Of a stretch of DNA of 64,000 nt, positions 1 through 9,249 are shown piece after piece (the first letter of the stretch is position 1; each line of letters begins with the position of its first letter). The position numbers were made by a program, and so were the translations under genes. The stretch is from an uncultured Martelella sp. (GTDB taxonomy: Bacteria; Pseudomonadota; Alphaproteobacteria; Rhizobiales; Rhizobiaceae), in contig CAXXRG010000002.1 in the NCBI GenBank assembly GCA_963676545.2, forward strand, positions 535,990 to 599,989, in the 5' to 3' direction. Under the pieces are notes generated by a model. That model ran no database searches. It was not told the DNA's origin and worked only from the letters and a program-made list of their open reading frames with translations.

Positions 1-2197
1 GACCGTCGATCAGACCTGAAAGATAGTCTGCTGACCGGCGGATCGATTTGATCGCCGGTTGCCGCGCGTCGGGAATGGTCGGATCGCGTTCCAGCAGCTG
101 GGCATAGCCCGAAACGGCATTGAGCGGGGTTCGAAGTTCATGCGAAAGGCCGACGACATAGCGGCTTTTCGCGCGGTTGGCGGCTTCGGCGCTTTCCTTT
201 GCCGCCTGAAGCGCGGCATCGGTTTTCTCGTGGGCGGCGATTTCCTTCAAAAGCAGCGTCGTCTGGCGTGAGGATTCCTCTTCGGCCACCATGCGGCTGT
301 CATGGGCGAGTACGTAAAACCAGGCGACGATGCAGGCGAGCATGGAAAAGACGAAGAACACGATCAGCGCCGTGTCGTAGACCACCGAACGGGTTTCCGG
401 CGCTGCGTTCGCCATCTGGTAGGCGATCATGAACAGGATCGCGCCGATGAAGGTGATCGACAGCGCCACCGTGATGCCATAGCGGCCAAGGCGGGTGGAA
501 AGCTGCTCGACCACGCGGCCCGGCAGCAGCGCGCCGGCAACAGTCGCGATCTGGAAGTTCAGCCGCGCCTTGGGTTTGCACAGATCATGGCAGCGGCTGT
601 CGAGCGAACAGCAGAGCGAGCAGATCGGCCCGGCATAGGCCGGGCACCAGGCCATGTCCTCGGGCTCGAAAGGGTGTTCGCAGATGGAGCAGGTAATCGC
701 GGTCTTCGACTGCCAGCCCTTGCGCTGCTTGCGCGCCAGATAATACCGCCCGCCCGTGCCCCAGGCGATCAGTGGCGAGGCGATGAGGGCGACGATCAGC
801 GCGATGAAGGGCGCGAAGGAAACGGCAAGCGGGCCGAACAGGCCGAAATGGGCGGCCAGCGCAACGCCGCCGGAAAGCGCCATGGCGCCAAGGCCGACGG
901 GGTTGATATCATAAAGATGCGCCCGCTTGAACTCGATGCCCGGCGGCGACAGGCCGAGCGGCTTGTTGATGAAGAGGTCGGCGGAGATCGTCGAAAGCCA
1001 GGCCATCGCGACGATCGAGAAGACGCTGAGCGAGGCTTCCAGAAGCCGGTAGATGCCGAGCTGCATCAGGAGCAGCGCGATTGCGACGTTGAACACCAGC
1101 CACACCACGCGGCCGGGATGACTATGGGTCAGGCGCGAGAAAAAGTTCGACCAGGCGAGCGAGCCCGCATAGGCGTTCATCACATTGATCTTCAGCTGCG
1201 AGACCACGACGAAAGCGGCCATCAGCAACAATGCCGCCGTCTCATTCGGGATCATGTAACCGAAGGCGGTCAGGTACATATGCGCGGGATCGGCGGCGGC
1301 TGTCGCCGGCATGCCGGTGGAAAGCGCCAGCACGGCCAGAAACGAGCCGGCCATCAGCTTCGGCACGCCGACCACCACCCAGCCGGGACCGGCAAGGAAG
1401 ATCGCCAGGCGATGGCGAAACTTGCGCTTGCCCGTTGCCGGCAGAAAGCGGAGAAAGTCCACCTGCTCGCCGATCTGCGGCATCAGCGCGAAGATGACGC
1501 CGGCCGCTGCCGCAAAGCCTGCCAGCGTGAAGGGCGCGGCCGAACCGGGGGTAGCACCTTCCGCTCTTATGCCGCCAAAGGCGCGCCACAGCTCGAATTT
1601 CTCAAAGTCCATGAAGGCGATGAAGATGAAGGGCAGGATATTGAGGATGACCCAGAACGGTTGCGTCAGGATCTGGAAGCGCGAGATCATCTGCACGCCG
1701 TAGGTCACGAGCGGGATCACCAGCACGGCGGAGATGATGTAGCTGATCCAGAGCGGAATGCCGAATGCAAGTTCCAGCGCCCCCGACATGATCGAGGCCT
1801 CGATGGCAAACAGGATGAAGGTGAAGCTGGCATAGATCAGCGAGGTGACCGTCGAGCCGATATAGCCGAAGGAGGCGCCGCGCGTCAGGAGATCGATATC
1901 GACGCCGTGGCGGATCGCATATTTGGCGATCGGCAGACCGGCAAACAGCATGACGGCCGAGGCGACGATGGCGGCGAAGAAGGCGTTGGTCGTGCCATAG
2001 GAAAGCGTGATCGTGCCGCCGATGGCCTCCAGCGCCAGAAAGGAAATCGCGCCAATGGCGGTCTGCGAGATGCGGCTTGAGGAGAACCGGCGCGCGCTCT
2101 TAGCGGTAAAGCGCAACGCATAGTCTTCAAGCGTCTGGTTGGCGACCCAGCGGTTATATTCGCGCCGTACGGGAATGATGCGTTGGCGTGGTGTCAT
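1..2197 (-). CDS. Hybrid sensor histidine kinase with large N-terminal multi-TM (NCS1/permease-like) domain; 3' end beyond window start
   Basis: Not in ORF track (no stop in window). ATG at 2197 reads MTPRQRIIPVRREYNRWVANQTLEDYALRFT, then many hydrophobic segments, then HisKA box AKSRYVVGLSHELRTPLN (His codon 140-142). Confidence 0.88.
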   Translation of the reverse strand, partial: MTPRQRIIPVRREYNRWVANQTLEDYALRFTAKSARRFSSSRISQTAIGAISFLALEAIGGTITLSYGTTNAFFAAIVASAVMLFAGLPIAKYAIRHGVDIDLLTRGASFGYIGSTVTSLIYASFTFILFAIEASIMSGALELAFGIPLWISYIISAVLVIPLVTYGVQMISRFQILTQPFWVILNILPFIFIAFMDFEKFELWRAFGGIRAEGATPGSAAPFTLAGFAAAAGVIFALMPQIGEQVDFLRFLPATGKRKFRHRLAIFLAGPGWVVVGVPKLMAGSFLAVLALSTGMPATAAADPAHMYLTAFGYMIPNETAALLLMAAFVVVSQLKINVMNAYAGSLAWSNFFSRLTHSHPGRVVWLVFNVAIALLLMQLGIYRLLEASLSVFSIVAMAWLSTISADLFINKPLGLSPPGIEFKRAHLYDINPVGLGAMALSGGVALAAHFGLFGPLAVSFAPFIALIVALIASPLIAWGTGGRYYLARKQRKGWQSKTAITCSICEHPFEPEDMAWCPAYAGPICSLCCSLDSRCHDLCKPKARLNFQIATVAGALLPGRVVEQLSTRLGRYGITVALSITFIGAILFMIAYQMANAAPETRSVVYDTALIVFFVFSMLACIVAWFYVLAHDSRMVAEEESSRQTTLLLKEIAAHEKTDAALQAAKESAEAANRAKSRYVVGLSHELRTPLNAVSGYAQLLERDPTIPDARQPAIKSIRRSADYLSGLIDG

Positions 2198-2271
2198 GTA
2201 ACGAGTGCGGCGGCGGCCCTTGAAAAGAAACTTGGCTTTTTTGAATGTTCAGGCAATGGCTTGCGATGGCA

Positions 2272-2287
2272 AGCAAAATCGCGGCCC
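2272..2287 (-). promoter_or_regulatory. Weak sigma54-like -24/-12 element upstream of the kinase
   Basis: Minus strand GGGCCGCGATTTTGCT has GG-N10-GC and TTGCT, but a poor -24 half. Confidence 0.25.
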
Positions 2288-2383
2288 GATTCGCCCGATC
2301 CGCCGTACTTTTCCCATTTTCCGGGGAATGTTAGGGTTATTGCAGTCAATTGAAGCTGAAGAGCCGTATCAAAGGAGAGGTTC

Positions 2384-3199
2384 ATGACGAACACCGAGAC
2401 AAAAAATAACGACGGTCAGAGCTTCGGAACCGAGGGCATCGCGCCGATGGAGCGTCCAAGCGCCGTCACGCGGTTCTTCATGGGCCTCGTCAACTGGGCG
2501 GAAAAGCTGAACTACAAGCATGCCATCCATGGCAACCCGCCCGTCTATGACAATGCGACCTTCCCCTGGTCGAAGGAGATCGAGGCGGCGGCGCCTGAAA
2601 TCCGCGCCGAACTCGACAAGGTGCTGCAACGCCAGAGCGAGCTTCCGAGCTTCCAGGACATCTCCACCGACGTGAAGACGATCTCCGACGACAATCACTG
2701 GAAGACCTTCTTCCTGCTCGGCTACGGCCTCAAATCCGAACAGAACATCAAGGCCTGCCCGAAAACCTGGGAGGCGATGCAGAAGATCCCCGGCCTCACC
2801 ACGGTGATGTTCTCGATCTTCGAGCCCGGAAAACACCTGCCGGCCCATCGCGGTCCCTATAATGGCGTGTTGCGCCTTCACCTCGGCATGATCGTGCCGG
2901 AGGCGGAGCCGGACCAGCTTGCAATCCGCGTCAAGGACCAGATTTGCCACTGGGAAGAGGGCAAGGTGCTGATCTTCGACGATGCCTATGAGCATGAGGC
3001 CTGGAACCACACCGACAAGACCCGCGTGGTGCTGTTCGTCGATTTCGTAAAGCCGACGCGCTTTCCGGCGAAATTCGTCAACTGGCTGTTGATGAACATG
3101 GCGATCTTCACCCCCTTCATCCGCGAGGGCCTCGACAACCACAAGGACTGGGAAAAGAAATTTTATGCCGAGGCCGAGGCACTCAGGAACAGGCCTTGA
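2384..3199 (+). CDS. Aspartyl/asparaginyl beta-hydroxylase family 2OG-Fe(II) dioxygenase (LpxO-like)
   Basis: FSIFEPGKHLPAHRGPYNGVLRLHLG and FDDAYEHEAWN motifs; RBS AAGGAGAGG. Confidence 0.85.
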   Translation: MTNTETKNNDGQSFGTEGIAPMERPSAVTRFFMGLVNWAEKLNYKHAIHGNPPVYDNATFPWSKEIEAAAPEIRAELDKVLQRQSELPSFQDISTDVKTISDDNHWKTFFLLGYGLKSEQNIKACPKTWEAMQKIPGLTTVMFSIFEPGKHLPAHRGPYNGVLRLHLGMIVPEAEPDQLAIRVKDQICHWEEGKVLIFDDAYEHEAWNHTDKTRVVLFVDFVKPTRFPAKFVNWLLMNMAIFTPFIREGLDNHKDWEKKFYAEAEALRNRP

Positions 3200-3337
3200 G
3201 CAATCCCTGCGGGCCGTTTGTTGTAGGCTGAAGGGGCTGCCTTCCTATCCGGTGTCCGCCACCCCAGGCGCAAGTCTACTGGTGTCCTGCTGAGCGATCA
3301 GTCGCGTTTGTTTGATGGCACTCTCCCCCTCCACCTG

Positions 3338-3367
3338 CGTCATGCTCGGGCTTGACCCGAGCATCCA
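3338..3367 (+). repeat. CGTC-tagged REP palindrome, copy 1 (forward)
   Basis: CGTCATGCTCGGGCTTGACCCGAGCATCCA; stem ATGCTCGGG/CCCGAGCAT. Confidence 0.92.
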
Positions 3368-3422
3368 GGCGATTCAAGTCATAGAATTCAGGATAATTTC
3401 TGCCGCCGGTTGTCGTGCGGCC

Positions 3423-3452
3423 TGGATCCTCGGGTCAAGCCCGAGGATGACC
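3423..3452 (-). repeat. CGTC-tagged REP, copy 2 (reverse; doublet with copy 1)
   Basis: TGGATCCTCGGGTCAAGCCCGAGGATGACC. Confidence 0.92.
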
Positions 3453-3630
3453 CGGCATGGGCGGGTAGGGTCTTGTTCAGCCGAAGCCGGAGAGAGGGCG
3501 ATATTCTGAAATCCATGGAAGACGCAAAATCCAGCAATTCCAAAGCTTTCGCAACTATAAACCGGACACCGGCGCCTCAAGGCCGGCATGACGGAGGTGA
3601 GCGGTGAAGACCTCCATCAGCGAACTTCCA

Positions 3631-3660
3631 CCCCACCTACGTCAAATGACGTATGTGGGG
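3631..3660. promoter_or_regulatory. Inverted repeat, candidate operator upstream of urtA
   Basis: CCCCACCTACGTCA-AA-TGACGTATGTGGGG: 14-bp arms, one mismatch, about 100 bp before the urtA ATG. Confidence 0.5.
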
Positions 3661-3756
3661 TTCTTTCTCCCTCAACGATAGTTGGCGCAGGCGTTCTTTA
3701 ATGGACGCCGCGATTTCCAAACGCCTTGAAGGCGACAATCCGTTGAGGGGAAAAAC

Positions 3757-5052
3757 ATGAATTTCAAAAAGGCAATGACCGGCGCGGCGCTTCTGGCGGC
3801 GCTCACCGCTTCGACCGCCACCGGCGCTCTGGCGCAGGAAGACACGATCAAGGTCGGCATCCTGCACTCGCTCTCCGGCACGATGGCGATCTCGGAGACA
3901 ACGCTGAAGGACGCCATGCTGATGCTCATCGAAGAGCAGAACGAAAAGGGCGGCCTTCTCGGCAAGCAACTTGAGGCGGTTGTCGTCGACCCGGCCTCCG
4001 ACTGGCCGCTCTTTGCGGAAAAAGCGCGCGAGCTGATCGAAGGCGACGGCGTTTCGGCGGTTTTCGGTTGCTGGACCTCGGTATCGCGCAAATCGGTTCT
4101 GCCGGTCTTCGAGGAGCTCAACAGCATCCTTTTCTACCCCGTCCAGTATGAGGGCGAGGAAAGCCAGCGCAACGTGTTCTACACCGGTGCCGCGCCCAAC
4201 CAGCAGGCCATTCCCGCCGTCGACTATCTGATGGAAAATGAAGGCGTCGAGCGCTGGGTTCTCGCCGGCACCGACTATGTCTATCCGCGCACGACCAACA
4301 AGATCCTCGAGGCCTATCTGAAGGATCACGGCGTTGCCGAAGAAGACATCATGATCAACTACACGCCCTTCGGCTTCTCCGACTGGCAGACCATCGTGTC
4401 CGACATCAAGAATTTCGGCTCCGAAGGCAAGAAGACGGCCGTTGTCTCCACCATCAATGGCGACGCCAACGTGCCCTTCTACAAGGAACTGGCCAATCAG
4501 GGCATTTCCGCCTCCGACATTCCGGTCGTCGCCTTCTCCGTCGGTGAGGAAGAGCTTGCCGGTCTCGATACCGCGCCGCTCGTCGGCCATCTGGCTGCCT
4601 GGAACTATTTCCAGTCCGTCGACACCGATGCCAATTACGACTTCATCGACGCCTGGCATGCCTTTACCGGCGACGATGCCCGCGTGACCAACGACCCGAT
4701 GGAAGCCCATTACATCGGCTTCAACATGTGGGTCGAGGCCGTTGAGAAGGCCGGCACCACCGATCCGGATGCCGTCATCGATGCGCTTGTCGGCGTATCG
4801 GTTCCGAACCTTTCCGGCGGCTATTCGGCGATGATGCCGAACCACCACATCACCAAGCCGGTTCTGATCGGCGAAATCCAGGATGATGGCCAGTTCGACA
4901 TCGTTTACGAGACGCCTGGTCTGGTTGCCGGCGATGCCTGGTCAGACTTCCTGCCGGATTCGAAGAACCTGATTGCCGACTGGCGCGCGCCGATGTCGTG
5001 CGGCAACTTCAATGTCGAAACCGGCCAGTGCGGCGGCATGGCTGCCGAATAA
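3757..5052 (+). CDS. urtA: Urea ABC transporter substrate-binding protein
   Basis: Signal peptide; IKVGILHSLSGTMAISE, YPVQYEGEE, GTDYVYPRTTN, AAWNYFQS motifs. Confidence 0.95.
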   Translation: MNFKKAMTGAALLAALTASTATGALAQEDTIKVGILHSLSGTMAISETTLKDAMLMLIEEQNEKGGLLGKQLEAVVVDPASDWPLFAEKARELIEGDGVSAVFGCWTSVSRKSVLPVFEELNSILFYPVQYEGEESQRNVFYTGAAPNQQAIPAVDYLMENEGVERWVLAGTDYVYPRTTNKILEAYLKDHGVAEEDIMINYTPFGFSDWQTIVSDIKNFGSEGKKTAVVSTINGDANVPFYKELANQGISASDIPVVAFSVGEEELAGLDTAPLVGHLAAWNYFQSVDTDANYDFIDAWHAFTGDDARVTNDPMEAHYIGFNMWVEAVEKAGTTDPDAVIDALVGVSVPNLSGGYSAMMPNHHITKPVLIGEIQDDGQFDIVYETPGLVAGDAWSDFLPDSKNLIADWRAPMSCGNFNVETGQCGGMAAE

Positions 5053-5143
5053 GAACGGCAACTCGGCTCCCGGCGCGTGTTTCGCGCCGGGTGAACAGGG
5101 GGACAGTCGTTTTCGAGGCGGACTGTCAACGTTGGGGGCGCAC

Positions 5144-6784
5144 ATGTCCATTTCTTTTCTACCGCGCTATTTCAGAACCTTTCTCTTATTTGTAACTCTG
5201 ATACTGGCATGTGCGCCCTCGTTTTCACGGGCCGCCGATGACGTCGGATCGCTGATCGATCAGTTTTCAAAAGCCCGTAATTTCAACCAGACGGAAGAAA
5301 TCGTCAAAGCGCTCGCGGCCACCGGCGATCCGGCCGTTATTCCGGTCCTGAAAACCCTTGCCGATGGCGATCTCTATTACCGCGAGGATGACGGCAAGGT
5401 CTTCATGACCGCCGATGGCGAGTCCCGCCGCAACCTGCTTCTGATCGATCCGCTGACCGGCGAAGAGCTTGGCGAGATGTCCAAGCGCGACCTGGAGAAG
5501 ATCAAGGTCAACAATAATCTGCGCAGCGCCATCGATGCCGCCCTTGCCGGCATGACGCTGATGAGCCCGGATCCCGCGGTTCGTCTCTCGGCCGCCCGCT
5601 CGATGATGGATGCGCCGAGCGAGGATAATCTGGCGCTCATTGAAGAGGCGCTCGCGGCTGAAGAGAACGGCGAGATTGCCGCGGTCCTCAGCCAGGCCCG
5701 CGCCGTCTCCATCCTGAATTCCGATCGTCCCATCGAAGCCAAGGCCGAGGCGATTGACGACATTGCCGCGATTGGCGGGCGGGATGCGATCTCCATCCTT
5801 CTTTCGGCGCGCGGCTCGCTTGATCCCGAACTGCAGGACGAGGTCGATGCCGCCCAGGCGAAGATCGAAAAGCGTCTTGCCTTCTGGGATGCGGCTCAGA
5901 ATGTCTGGTACGGGCTGTCGCTCGGCTCGGTGCTGCTGCTGGCGGCCATCGGCCTTGCCATCACCTTCGGCGTCATGGGCGTCATCAACATGGCCCATGG
6001 CGAGATGGTGATGATCGGCGCCTATTCCACCTTTATGGTGCAGCAGGTGATCCGCACCTCCTATCCCGGACTTTTCGACTGGTCGCTGGCGATTGCCCTG
6101 CCGGTTGCCTTCCTCGTCACCGCCGCCGTCGGCCTTGTCATCGAACGCGGCGTCATCCGCTTCCTTTATGGCCGGCCGCTCGAAACCCTTCTGGCGACCT
6201 GGGGCGTTTCGCTGATCCTACAGCAGGCTGTGCGCAGCATTTTCGGTCCCACCAACCGGGAGGTCGGCAATCCGTCATGGATGTCCGGCGCGTTTGATCT
6301 CGGCGGTCTCGTCATCACCTGGTCGAGGCTCTGGATCGTGGTGTTCTCGCTTGCCGTCTTCCTTGGCCTGTTGATGCTGATGAAGCGTTCCGCCTTCGGC
6401 CTGCAGATGCGGGCGGTGACCCAGAACCGGCGCATGGCCGCCTCCATGGGCATTCGCACCCCCTGGGTCGACGCCTTCACTTTTGCCCTCGGTTCCGGCG
6501 TTGCGGGGCTTGCCGGCGTTGCGCTCTCGCAGATCGACAATGTCTCGCCCAATCTCGGCCAGTCCTACATCATCGACAGTTTCATGGTCGTGGTCTTCGG
6601 CGGTGTTGGCAACCTCTGGGGCACATTTGTCGGCGCCTTCTCGCTCGGCATTCTCAACAAGTTCCTCGAGCCCTATGCCGGCGCGGTGCTCGGCAAGATC
6701 CTGGTCCTCGTCTTCATCATCCTGTTCATCCAGAAACGACCGCGCGGTCTGTTCGCACTCAAGGGAAGGGCGGTTGAATCATGA
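5144..6784 (+). CDS. urtB: Urea ABC transporter permease UrtB (long form with periplasmic N-terminal domain)
   Basis: GLAITFGVMGVINMAHGE, RPLETLLATWG motifs. Start moved from 4973 (overlaps urtA) to ATG 5144 after GGGGG. Confidence 0.92.
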   Translation: MSISFLPRYFRTFLLFVTLILACAPSFSRAADDVGSLIDQFSKARNFNQTEEIVKALAATGDPAVIPVLKTLADGDLYYREDDGKVFMTADGESRRNLLLIDPLTGEELGEMSKRDLEKIKVNNNLRSAIDAALAGMTLMSPDPAVRLSAARSMMDAPSEDNLALIEEALAAEENGEIAAVLSQARAVSILNSDRPIEAKAEAIDDIAAIGGRDAISILLSARGSLDPELQDEVDAAQAKIEKRLAFWDAAQNVWYGLSLGSVLLLAAIGLAITFGVMGVINMAHGEMVMIGAYSTFMVQQVIRTSYPGLFDWSLAIALPVAFLVTAAVGLVIERGVIRFLYGRPLETLLATWGVSLILQQAVRSIFGPTNREVGNPSWMSGAFDLGGLVITWSRLWIVVFSLAVFLGLLMLMKRSAFGLQMRAVTQNRRMAASMGIRTPWVDAFTFALGSGVAGLAGVALSQIDNVSPNLGQSYIIDSFMVVVFGGVGNLWGTFVGAFSLGILNKFLEPYAGAVLGKILVLVFIILFIQKRPRGLFALKGRAVES

Positions 6785-7956
6785 TTACGGCCTATGTTCT
6801 CCGTTCGCTCGACCGCAGGGTTTCGATTGCGATTGCCATACTTTTCGGCATCGCCCTGCTGGTGCCGGTGCTGAACCTCGTCATTCCTGCGGCAAGCCCG
6901 TTTCACCTGCCGACCTATCTGGTGTCGCTGTTCGGCAAATATCTCTGCTATGCGCTGCTGGCGCTCTCGCTCGATCTGGTCTGGGGTTTCTGCGGCATTC
7001 TCTCGCTCGGCCACGGCGCCTTCTTCGCGCTCGGCGGCTATGCCATGGGCATGTATCTGATGCGCCAGATCGGCCCGCGCGGCGTCTATGGCGATCCGAT
7101 CCTGCCGGACTTCATGGTCTTTCTGAACTATCAGGAGCTGCCGTGGTTCTGGCACGGCTTCGACATGTTCTGGTTCGCCATGCTGATGGTGCTGCTGGTG
7201 CCCGGCGCGCTCGCCTTCGCCTTCGGCTGGTTTGCCTTCCGGTCAAGGGTCAACGGCGTCTATCTCTCGATCATCACCCAGGCCATGACCTATGCGCTTC
7301 TGCTCGCCTTCTTCCGCAACGACATGGGGTTCGGCGGCAATAACGGCCTGACCGACTTCAAGGACATTCTCGGCTTTTCCGTGCAGGCCGATGGCACGCG
7401 CGCGGCTCTCTTTGCAGCCTCCGCCATCTTCCTTGCCATCGGTTTGTTCATCGCCTCGGCGATTGTCCGCTCCAAATCCGGCAAGGTGCTGGTCGGCGTG
7501 CGGGATGCCGAGAGCCGGGTGCGGTTTCTGGGCTACCGGGTGGAGAACTACAAGCTCTTCACCTTCGTCGTCTCGGCCATGATGGCGGGCGTTGCCGGTG
7601 CGCTCTACGTGCCGCAGGTCGGCATCATCAATCCGGGCGAATTCGCGCCGGCCAATTCCATCGAGGTCGTCATCTGGACGGCGGTCGGCGGGCGGGCAAC
7701 GCTGATCGGTCCGATCATCGGCGCGATCCTCGTCAATGGCGGCAAGACCATTTTCACCGGGCTTTTCCCAGCCTTCTGGCTGTTTGCGCTCGGCGGCCTG
7801 TTCGTCGCCGTCACCCTGTTCCTGCCCAAGGGCATTGTCGGCACGATCTCCGACCGGTTCAGAAAAAAGAGCAGTGACGCCGGCGCGCGCAATGAGCGTT
7901 CCGAGGAGGCTGAGGCCGGCATGGATGTCAACCCGAGCGAGGAGGGCGCACGATGA
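6781..7956 (+). CDS. urtC: Urea ABC transporter permease UrtC
   Basis: LDLVWGFCGILSLGHGAFFALGGY, GGNNGLTDFK motifs; ATGA overlap with urtB. Confidence 0.93.
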   Translation: MITAYVLRSLDRRVSIAIAILFGIALLVPVLNLVIPAASPFHLPTYLVSLFGKYLCYALLALSLDLVWGFCGILSLGHGAFFALGGYAMGMYLMRQIGPRGVYGDPILPDFMVFLNYQELPWFWHGFDMFWFAMLMVLLVPGALAFAFGWFAFRSRVNGVYLSIITQAMTYALLLAFFRNDMGFGGNNGLTDFKDILGFSVQADGTRAALFAASAIFLAIGLFIASAIVRSKSGKVLVGVRDAESRVRFLGYRVENYKLFTFVVSAMMAGVAGALYVPQVGIINPGEFAPANSIEVVIWTAVGGRATLIGPIIGAILVNGGKTIFTGLFPAFWLFALGGLFVAVTLFLPKGIVGTISDRFRKKSSDAGARNERSEEAEAGMDVNPSEEGAR

Positions 7957-8711
7957 GCCCGATGGAAAAACGCGCGAAAAGCCTGCTTTATCTCGACAAT
8001 GTCTCGGTGTCCTTCGATGGCTTCAAGGCGCTGAACGGCCTCTCCTTCGTCATCGAGCCCGGCGAGCTTCGCGCCGTCATCGGCCCGAACGGGGCCGGCA
8101 AGACGACGATGATGGACATCATCACCGGCAAGACGCGGCCCGATACGGGCGAGGTCTTCTTCTCCGATACGATCGACCTGACGCGCAAGGACGAGGCCGA
8201 CATCGCCCAGCTCGGCATCGGCCGCAAGTTCCAGAAGCCGACGGTCTTCGAAAGCCATACGGTGTGGGACAATCTGGAACTGGCGCTCAACCGCAGGCGC
8301 GGCGTGTTTTCCACGCTGTTCTACCGGCTGACGAGCGAGGACCGGACCCGCATCGAGGAAATCCTCGAAACGATCCGCATGAGCGCGCGCAGGCAAGAAC
8401 TTGCCGCCAACCTTTCCCACGGCCAGAAACAATGGCTGGAGATCGGCATGCTGCTGGCGCAGGAGCCGAAGCTTCTTTTGGTCGACGAACCGGTTGCCGG
8501 CATGACCGACGCGGAAACGGTGGAGACCGCGCGCCTCCTGCGCGAGATCGCCGAGACCCGCGCCGTCGTCGTCGTCGAGCACGACATGGGCTTCGTCCGC
8601 GACCTCGGCGTCAAGGTCACCTGCCTTGCCGAAGGCTCCGTGCTGGCCGAGGGCTCGATCGATTACGTATCGAACGACCCGAAGGTCATCGAGAACTATC
8701 TGGGGCGGTGA
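7953..8711 (+). CDS. urtD: Urea ABC transporter ATP-binding protein UrtD
   Basis: GPNGAGKTT Walker A, LSHGQKQWLEIG, LLLVDEP. Confidence 0.93.
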   Translation: MSPMEKRAKSLLYLDNVSVSFDGFKALNGLSFVIEPGELRAVIGPNGAGKTTMMDIITGKTRPDTGEVFFSDTIDLTRKDEADIAQLGIGRKFQKPTVFESHTVWDNLELALNRRRGVFSTLFYRLTSEDRTRIEEILETIRMSARRQELAANLSHGQKQWLEIGMLLAQEPKLLLVDEPVAGMTDAETVETARLLREIAETRAVVVVEHDMGFVRDLGVKVTCLAEGSVLAEGSIDYVSNDPKVIENYLGR

Positions 8712-8754
8712 GGAATGATGGCGCGCGATAAGCAGATGGCTGCGCAAGATCGCC

Positions 8755-8784
8755 TGGATCCTCGGGTCAAGCCTGAGGATGACG
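8755..8784 (-). repeat. CGTC-tagged REP, copy 3 (reverse)
   Basis: TGGATCCTCGGGTCAAGCCTGAGGATGACG. Confidence 0.92.
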
Positions 8785-8874
8785 CGGTTGGAAAGGGCAG
8801 TGCTGGAAAGACATTCTCACGATACCTGTCTTCCGCAGAGACCTCTGTTTCGGCGACGAAACCCCCTCCTCATG

Positions 8875-8904
8875 CGTCATCCTCGGGCTTGACCCGAGGA
8901 TCCA
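8875..8904 (+). repeat. CGTC-tagged REP, copy 4 (forward; 11 nt from GIY-YIG stop)
   Basis: CGTCATCCTCGGGCTTGACCCGAGGATCCA (consensus). Confidence 0.95.
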
Positions 8905-8915
8905 GGCCGCCACGT

Positions 8916-9200
8916 TCAGAGAAAGCGTTCATAAAGATCATCCCAGCCCGGATTGAGATTAGAAACAAGCGTGATCTTCCACGCCCGGTTCCAGCCTTTC
9001 AGCGCCTTCTCCCGCGCAATCGCACTGCCGATCTCGAAGTGTTCCTCATACCAGACGAGCCTGTTGCAGCCGTAGCGGCTGGTGAAGCCTTTGATCAGTC
9101 CTTCGCGGTGCTCGAAAATACGTCGTTCAAGATCGGAGGTTACGCCGATGTAGAGCGTGCCGTGCGGTCTGTTGGTAACGATGTAGACGTAACCGGCCAT
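8916..9200 (-). CDS. Stand-alone small GIY-YIG nuclease family protein (94 aa)
   Basis: GYVYIVTN...LYIGVTSDLERRIFEH...AIAREKALK...NPGWDDL: both Tyr motifs plus conserved Arg, His, Glu, Asn. Confidence 0.9.
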   Translation of the reverse strand: MAGYVYIVTNRPHGTLYIGVTSDLERRIFEHREGLIKGFTSRYGCNRLVWYEEHFEIGSAIAREKALKGWNRAWKITLVSNLNPGWDDLYERFL

Positions 9201-9219
9201 GGCGTTTTGCCGTGTTGCC

Positions 9220-9249
9220 TGGATCTTCGGGTCAAGCCCGAAGATGACA
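9220..9249 (-). repeat. CGTC-type REP, copy 5 (reverse; 19 nt before GIY-YIG ATG)
   Basis: TGGATCTTCGGGTCAAGCCCGAAGATGACA; compensated stem ATCTTCGGG/CCCGAAGAT. Confidence 0.92.

Larger units (their letters stand above)
8875..9249 (-). mobile_element. Putative REP-GIY-YIG-REP cassette (375 bp)
   Basis: Nuclease ORF bounded by inverted 30-nt REPs with only 19 nt (5') and 11 nt (3') of intervening sequence. Mobility is inferred. Confidence 0.55.

Noticed and set aside
302-2080. 592-aa plus-strand ORF
   Set aside because: Antisense shadow of the histidine kinase gene.
5069-5127. Two hairpins after urtA
   Set aside because: Typical intercistronic stabilising stem-loops after a binding-protein gene; no riboswitch or ncRNA family recognised.
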